Assembly (NCBI GenBank): GCA_048938005.1
Contig: JBHLMQ010000005.1
Location: 50,489 to 114,488 of the forward strand
Length of the DNA stretch: 64,000 bases
Direction of reading: 5' to 3'
From: Promethearchaeota archaeon
GTDB lineage: Archaea > Asgardarchaeota > Lokiarchaeia > Sigyniarchaeales > SOKP01
The notes under the pieces were generated by a model. The model searched no databases, was not told the origin of the DNA, and saw nothing but the letters and a program-made list of their open reading frames with translations. The translations under genes were made by a program, and so were the position numbers. Position 1 is the stretch's first letter. The number at the start of each line of letters is the position of its first letter. Positions 58,168 to 64,000 of this stretch are shown piece after piece.

Positions 58168-59719
58168 ACATTTCTTTGTTTCTTTTATAAATTTGTATAT
58201 ATTCACTAAATAATTTTTCATAAATTTTATTATTTTCTGTATTTGGATGAAAAACATTTTTAGACTTAATTAGTGGAATAGCGTCTGAAAATCTTTTTAA
58301 AATTCCTAAACCTACCATTGATATTATCGCAGAACCTTTAGCAGCAGCTAACTCAGGTTCTTCCATTTGAATAATTTTTCGGTTTAACACATCTGATAGA
58401 ATTTGACACCAGATAGCTGATTTTGCTCCGCCCCCTATACAATTAAACTCATCAGTTTGACCTATTAATTTTTCTATAAAAATTAAGGACCATTTTAGAT
58501 TGTAAGCAACCCCCTCATAGACTGATCTCAGAATATCTTCTCTTGTATGCTCAAGACTTAGATTATAGAATCCCCCTCGAATATTTGGATTATTTATAGG
58601 GCTTCTTTCTCCAAACATCCATGGCGTAAAAATTAGATTTTTAGCGCCAACTTCAGCTTTTTCGATAAGCGAATCTAGATATTTGTATAATTCTTTAGAA
58701 CGCCCTTTAAATTTTTCAATCTCATTTACAAACATTTGATTTGCAATCCAATCAAGACAACTAGCACCAGTTTCTTGTTTTGAAATACACAAATAATTTC
58801 CTTGAGAAGAACTCATAATACCAGTGTAATGACGGATATCTAATAATCTCTTAGATGTATGAACAGCGACCCAATCAGCCGTTCCTAAACATATAATTGG
58901 TTTATTATCTAAAATTCCGCCTGAGCCTAATGCTGCAGAAGATAAATCGCCGGAACTCACAAAAAGAGGAATTCCCGATTTCAAGTTTAGCTGTTTAGAA
59001 GCTTCAGTTGTTAAGTCTCCTGCGATTTCGGTAGATTTTTTTATTTCAGGTAATTTTTCTTTATCAATTTTAAATTTTTTTAAAATTTTATCAGACCAAT
59101 CAGATATATCAAGGTTAGTATTCATCATCCAAGATATATGACCTAAATCCCTTGAAGTAACAGCTTTTTTGGTGCATCTGTAAATAATAAAATCTTTCAC
59201 ACTTAGAAATTTATATGTTTTTTCATAAATTTCTGGCTGATATTTCTTAATCCACAAAATATGCGAAATTGGATCTTTTCCATTAAATCCAGGAGCACCT
59301 CCTGTGATTTTAAGAAACATCAATATATTTCTTAATCCATAACCAGATATTTTTATTAACCCTTTTGAAAATTTTCGAGTTAAGGGAGCAGCACGCGTGT
59401 CTAACCAGCTAATACTGTTCATTAAGGGATTGCCAATATTATCTATAGGAATCGTGCAATTCATTTGACAATCAAATGCTAATGTGAGAATATCATCAGG
59501 ACCTATATTATTCTGTTGAATTAATGTATTAGTGGCTTGTTTTACTGCATCCCAATAATCTTCTGGATTTTGTTCTGCCCATCCTAGTTTTGGGTAATAT
59601 AGAGGATAATTTACTTTTATTTGAGATATTAGTTCTAAATTTAAATCGAATAAAGCAGCCTTATTGCCAGATGTCCCTAAATCATGAGTTAAAATATATT
59701 TTCCTTCCAAGATTATCAC
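58148..59719 (-). CDS. FGGY family carbohydrate kinase (xylulokinase-like)
   Basis: HDLGTSGNK, AEQNPEDYW, WLDTR, GERSP, GGGAKS. Confidence 0.93.
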   Translation of the reverse strand: MIILEGKYILTHDLGTSGNKAALFDLNLELISQIKVNYPLYYPKLGWAEQNPEDYWDAVKQATNTLIQQNNIGPDDILTLAFDCQMNCTIPIDNIGNPLMNSISWLDTRAAPLTRKFSKGLIKISGYGLRNILMFLKITGGAPGFNGKDPISHILWIKKYQPEIYEKTYKFLSVKDFIIYRCTKKAVTSRDLGHISWMMNTNLDISDWSDKILKKFKIDKEKLPEIKKSTEIAGDLTTEASKQLNLKSGIPLFVSSGDLSSAALGSGGILDNKPIICLGTADWVAVHTSKRLLDIRHYTGIMSSSQGNYLCISKQETGASCLDWIANQMFVNEIEKFKGRSKELYKYLDSLIEKAEVGAKNLIFTPWMFGERSPINNPNIRGGFYNLSLEHTREDILRSVYEGVAYNLKWSLIFIEKLIGQTDEFNCIGGGAKSAIWCQILSDVLNRKIIQMEEPELAAAKGSAIISMVGLGILKRFSDAIPLIKSKNVFHPNTENNKIYEKLFSEYIQIYKRNKEMFKNLNL

Positions 59720-59946
59720 AATTTTTTTTTATTGTTTATTTGTATTTTGTTTGAATTATTAATAAATTTAAAAATATCCATTAGGGTTTTAATACCAACA
59801 ATTTTGTAATCGTTTATAGTATAATATAAAGATTTTGATAACTATATTAGTTATTATATCATTATAAAAACTTATAAAAAGTTAATTTTTAATATTAAAA
59901 AATTTATTGACTTTTCATAAAAGCAAAAAAAGAGGTTAGTTCTAAA

Positions 59947-61335
59947 TTGGAATCTTTGAAAAGTGTTTCTAGTCTTGAAATTCCAACTAATAAGATATTC
60001 TATGATAAAAAAACTAAGGTATTCTCCGCAGAGATCTTAAATTTCATGTTTGTAGGGATTTATAAGAAATCAACAAGGATTAGCACAGTTTTAGATGACA
60101 TTTTTGCATCCTTCCAGGAAATCCAAATTAATCGTGGCGATATATATTTAATAGATTTTGTTTCCAATGCAAAAATTTCTGAAACCACCAAATTAAAAAA
60201 TCTAAAATTATTGAAGAAAAAGGAACCAGAAAAAAAAGCAGAAGAACCGACAGATAAACGTAAAGTTAAGGAAGAAGAGAAAGAAGAGGCTTTTGAGATT
60301 GAAGAAGAAGAATACTTAGATGAAGATATAGCAATTTTATCTTCTATTGCCGATGACGCAAAATTTAAAGAAGAAGTATATGAGGAAGAAAAATTATTAA
60401 AAAGAGATGATATGGAAAGGGAAGAGTCTCGTAGGTTAAAAGAAGCTCCAAAGGCAAAAAAGAAAACAAGAGCACTCCCCCCTTCACCACCTGGAGCTGG
60501 TGCTCCTCCTGCTAAACCTGCAATCCCTGCAGCAGCCCCACCACCTCCACCCTCAGAAGTCTTAGAGGGTCCGGGACCTCCACCACCAAAGCCGGTTCCA
60601 GAGCCTTCTATAAGTATTCCGGAAAAACCTCAACCAACTATCTATGAGATTAATATGGGACTCCAATATTATTCTGTAATGATGCAGCAAAGGAGTTATT
60701 TGTTTTATGTGTATTTTTCACATAAAGAATTGAAGATTGTTGATGAAGAGGGCAAGACCATATATGAGACTACATTTAAAATAATAACTTTTAAAGAAGA
60801 ACCTCCAGTTCTCGATCTCAAAATTGAAGGTGAGGGTTTTGAAGTACATCCAATATTTGGAAAAGTTGAAGTTAAGAAGGATGCAGTTAATCCACCTGTT
60901 ATGATTTTTTCTATCATGCCATTAAAAACTAAAAAGAAGAAAAAGAAGAAAAAAGAAAGCGAGAGAAGATACTTAAATGTTTACATTGAGTTTGAAGGGA
61001 AAATAATTAGTTATACAGTCTTATCAATAATTGTACAACCAAAATATTTCCGACTTGATTTGGGACCAATACATTTAAACCTCAGTAAAAAAACCGCAGC
61101 AATAATATCTTTTATCTCTGTTTTAATAGCAGGAATTTCATTGGTCTGGACATTATTCTCTTGGGATCCAACGTCTAGTTTTATAGATATACTAAGTGGA
61201 TTTGCTCCTGGTTTAGGCTCGATTGTATTTTTCGCAATTTTTCTAATTACACTATTTAAGGAGGGAATATACCCACTTAAAGAGAAAATTAGTGCCTTTC
61301 TGAATTTCGATCAAACAGGAGTTCTAATAAAGTAA
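59947..61335 (+). CDS. Membrane protein with charged and proline-rich linker
   Basis: Glu/Lys-rich segment, PPSPPGAGAPPAKPAIPAAAPPPPP, beta-rich domain, two C-terminal TM helices. Confidence 0.8.
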   Translation: MESLKSVSSLEIPTNKIFYDKKTKVFSAEILNFMFVGIYKKSTRISTVLDDIFASFQEIQINRGDIYLIDFVSNAKISETTKLKNLKLLKKKEPEKKAEEPTDKRKVKEEEKEEAFEIEEEEYLDEDIAILSSIADDAKFKEEVYEEEKLLKRDDMEREESRRLKEAPKAKKKTRALPPSPPGAGAPPAKPAIPAAAPPPPPSEVLEGPGPPPPKPVPEPSISIPEKPQPTIYEINMGLQYYSVMMQQRSYLFYVYFSHKELKIVDEEGKTIYETTFKIITFKEEPPVLDLKIEGEGFEVHPIFGKVEVKKDAVNPPVMIFSIMPLKTKKKKKKKKESERRYLNVYIEFEGKIISYTVLSIIVQPKYFRLDLGPIHLNLSKKTAAIISFISVLIAGISLVWTLFSWDPTSSFIDILSGFAPGLGSIVFFAIFLITLFKEGIYPLKEKISAFLNFDQTGVLIK

Positions 61336-61763
61336 GTTTTCTATAATTTTTTTTTTAACTTTTTTATTTTTTACATATTAGATTTTATTCCATTCCAAAT
61401 TTCAATGATTTCGATTGGATTTTTTATAGTTATAGCTCCTTTCCTCAAAAAAAATTTAATAAAAAAATTATTTAAATAACTTTTTATTTAATTAATAAGT
61501 TATTTATCTTTTTAATAAAAAGCCAAACATTTTATAAAGATTAATAATATTATATTTCGATAAAAACGAGATTTAGAATTGAAAGAAATTCAAAAAATAT
61601 TTCTTGAGATATTTAGAAATGAAAAAATTGAATTTTTGCAGATATATCCAACTATTTATGACAAAATTCATATTGCATAACAAATAAATTTCTGATATCT
61701 TAATTATATCAATCATTTCCCTTAAAAGATATTTAAAAATACGAATGAAAAAGGTGGATCATA

Positions 61764-62597
61764 ATAATAGATAAGAATAAAATAGAAGGTTTAATTCTAG
61801 CAGCAGGTTATTCTAATAGGTTTAATTTTGAAGATAAAAAATTTAAAAAGTACTTTTTAAGATTGAATAATTCTAATATTTTAGGGTATATTATTGCTGG
61901 AATGATTAAAGCAGGAATCAGAAAAATAAAGATTGTTGCTAGTAAAATTTTTAATAAAGCGAAATACAAAAAAAGAATTTTGAAATCTGTAGTTCCATCA
62001 TTGATAAATTTCCATAATATTGAATTAGATATTATTGAAAATAGAATTCCAAATAGGGAAAATGGTTATAGCCTTTTTCTAGGTCTCAATACAATTTCTT
62101 CTAAATATATTTTATTATCGATGGCAGATCATATTTTTTCAAAAAATTTATTTTTTCAATTGGTAAAGAACTATAAAGGAAAGGATATTCTTTTAGCTAC
62201 GGATCCAATGCACAGTAAAGGGTATTACAATATAGAGGATGCAACTAAAGTATACGGAAGAAATTCTTTTATCATCGATATCGGAAAGGATTTATCTTAT
62301 TACAATCGTTTAGATATGGGTGTATTTATATTAAAATCGAAAAATATTAAAAAAATCTGCCAGAGAGTCGAATCAAATTTATATAAATTTGGTGTTACAA
62401 ATGTTGTTCTATCAGTTCTTAATTCAGATTTAAATGTTGGATATTATGATTTTCCAAATACCATATGGTTAGACATTGATGATTATAAAGTATACCTTCA
62501 ATTAAAAAAAATTTTTAATAATAAATCTAGCTTTTATCCTTTTGGTTTAATCCCCCCAAAGGACATTTATTCTTCAAATAAAGAAAAAAAACCATAA
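61764..62597 (+). CDS. NTP transferase (choline/inositol-phosphate cytidylyltransferase-like; probable ATA start)
   Basis: GLILAAGYSNRF signature lies upstream of the track start 61863; RENGYSL, SMADH, EDATKV, DMGVF, WLDID. Confidence 0.85.
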   Translation: MIDKNKIEGLILAAGYSNRFNFEDKKFKKYFLRLNNSNILGYIIAGMIKAGIRKIKIVASKIFNKAKYKKRILKSVVPSLINFHNIELDIIENRIPNRENGYSLFLGLNTISSKYILLSMADHIFSKNLFFQLVKNYKGKDILLATDPMHSKGYYNIEDATKVYGRNSFIIDIGKDLSYYNRLDMGVFILKSKNIKKICQRVESNLYKFGVTNVVLSVLNSDLNVGYYDFPNTIWLDIDDYKVYLQLKKIFNNKSSFYPFGLIPPKDIYSSNKEKKP

Positions 62598-62607
62598 GAT
62601 TAAGATA

Positions 62608-63966
62608 ATGTTTCATAAGATTAATCGATATAAATTAGTTAACCAAAGATCAATTAATTGTATAGGAATAATATTTCTATCTGATGATCCATTTCTTATT
62701 AAAAAAGAACCTTTCTATTTAAAAAAATTATGTGGTTTATCTATTTTAGAAAGAAATATCCGTACTTTTATTAATAATGGGATTAGAGATATTTTTATTT
62801 TAACTAATAGTACAGAAGATTTAATTATTGGTGAATTGGATAAAAATAGCCATATTAGAAAAATCAGATCGCTAGATATGATTAAGAATTCTTTAAACCA
62901 AGAAAAAATATCAAATAAAGAAATTGAATATGGTATTATTTTAAATGGTGGAATTCTAATTGACGATAGAATAATCTCATCCTTATTAAATTCTGATGAG
63001 GAAATAATTTATATAAAGGGAAAAAATATTGAGACAAACTGTAATAATAACCAATTAAGAAGTCTAACTTGTAAGATAAAGATTAATTTAAAAAATTTAT
63101 GTTCTCAAGCAAATTCATCATTTTCTTTTACAGATTTTATTAATTCCTCTTCCTTTAATGTAAGCTCTTATCATTCTACAGATGAAATCACTACATATAA
63201 ATCAGATATGAGAAGAAATGTACCATTATCTGTTTATGTATTTCAACAATTCAATGATTTTAAATCAGTAAAAAAATTGCTTGTAAAAAAAGCACAAAAA
63301 GGGACTTTGGATTTTATTGCCTGGTACTTTAATAGATATTTTGAAAATTTTTTTGTTTATGTATTAGCTGATTCTAAAATTACTGCTAATCACGTTACTA
63401 TTATTGTAAATATCTTCGGATTCTTTGTATTATTCTTATTTTTAGTACATTATTGGTGGATCGGACTTATTTTATTAATCCTCATTAATATTTTAGATGG
63501 TGTAGATGGTAAACTCGCTCGTTTAAGAATGAAGGAGAGCAAAGCAGGGCACATAGAACACTCATTTGATCAGTTATATGAACAAGCGATTTACGTGGGA
63601 ATAGGGCTTGGAGCGTATTTTATAATTGATTCTTTATATGTTATTATTGTTTTAATTATAATGCTTTTAATGGATTCTTTTAATCGACATTGTTCCATGC
63701 AATATAAAGAAGTAATGGGGATTACTTTAGCTGATAGTAGTCGATTTGATCAAATCTTTCGAAAATTTGATGGAAGAAGAAATATTTATACTTTGCATAT
63801 CTTAATTTTTGGTATTTTTGGTAGTTTTGAATATATTATTTTTTCAATTTGTGTTCATGCTATTATAACGAGTATAATTTATTCTATTCAAGCAATTAGA
63901 CATATGAAAAAGATAGATGATATTAAATTGAAATATATTAATTCAAAAACCTATAGAGGCGAATAA
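62608..63966 (+). CDS. CDP-alcohol phosphatidyltransferase with degenerate N-terminal NTP-transferase-like domain
   Basis: ITANHVT, ILDGVDGKLAR...G...D motif, TM helices; N-terminal LCGLSILERNIR. Confidence 0.88.
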   Translation: MFHKINRYKLVNQRSINCIGIIFLSDDPFLIKKEPFYLKKLCGLSILERNIRTFINNGIRDIFILTNSTEDLIIGELDKNSHIRKIRSLDMIKNSLNQEKISNKEIEYGIILNGGILIDDRIISSLLNSDEEIIYIKGKNIETNCNNNQLRSLTCKIKINLKNLCSQANSSFSFTDFINSSSFNVSSYHSTDEITTYKSDMRRNVPLSVYVFQQFNDFKSVKKLLVKKAQKGTLDFIAWYFNRYFENFFVYVLADSKITANHVTIIVNIFGFFVLFLFLVHYWWIGLILLILINILDGVDGKLARLRMKESKAGHIEHSFDQLYEQAIYVGIGLGAYFIIDSLYVIIVLIIMLLMDSFNRHCSMQYKEVMGITLADSSRFDQIFRKFDGRRNIYTLHILIFGIFGSFEYIIFSICVHAIITSIIYSIQAIRHMKKIDDIKLKYINSKTYRGE

Positions 63967-64000
63967 TTATTAGTAAAATAAAAATTGCAGTTGCGGGAGT

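Noticed and set aside
63985-64000. Possible 3' end of a minus-strand tRNA (ACTCCCGCAACTGCAA followed by a T-rich tract)
   Set aside because: Only 16 nt are inside the window; not enough to call.

Overview
This is an AT-rich archaeal chromosomal segment. Gene content points to an Asgard archaeon, most likely Lokiarchaeia (inference): eL22, four Rab-like small GTPases, a longin-roadblock fusion, form III RuBisCO with ribose-1,5-bisphosphate isomerase, aIF2-gamma, aIF1A, TFS and Spt5. It holds about 60 CDS for transport, metabolism and information processing; I saw no transposase, integrase or CRISPR array. The main discovery is at 32352-32589: a 5S rRNA gene that is circularly permuted and also appears to carry an intron. 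The conventional 3' part precedes the 5' part, and the two are joined through a UUCG loop closing helix I. The new ends lie in loop C inside a bulge-helix-bulge-like (BHB) motif held by a perfect 14-bp outer stem, and a canonical BHB delimits a 30-nt insert in loop D. Predicted cleavage and ligation at both motifs gives exactly 120 nt, possibly a covalent circle. Other highlights are a stand-alone small GTPase with permuted motif order G3-G4-G5-G1-G2, four genes that appear to start at ATT/ATA exactly 6 nt after a GGTG(G/C) ribosome-binding site, an aIF2-gamma with an N-terminal helix-hairpin-helix domain, and a 35-aa tandem-repeat protein. All calls come from reading the sequence; no searches or folding programs were run.
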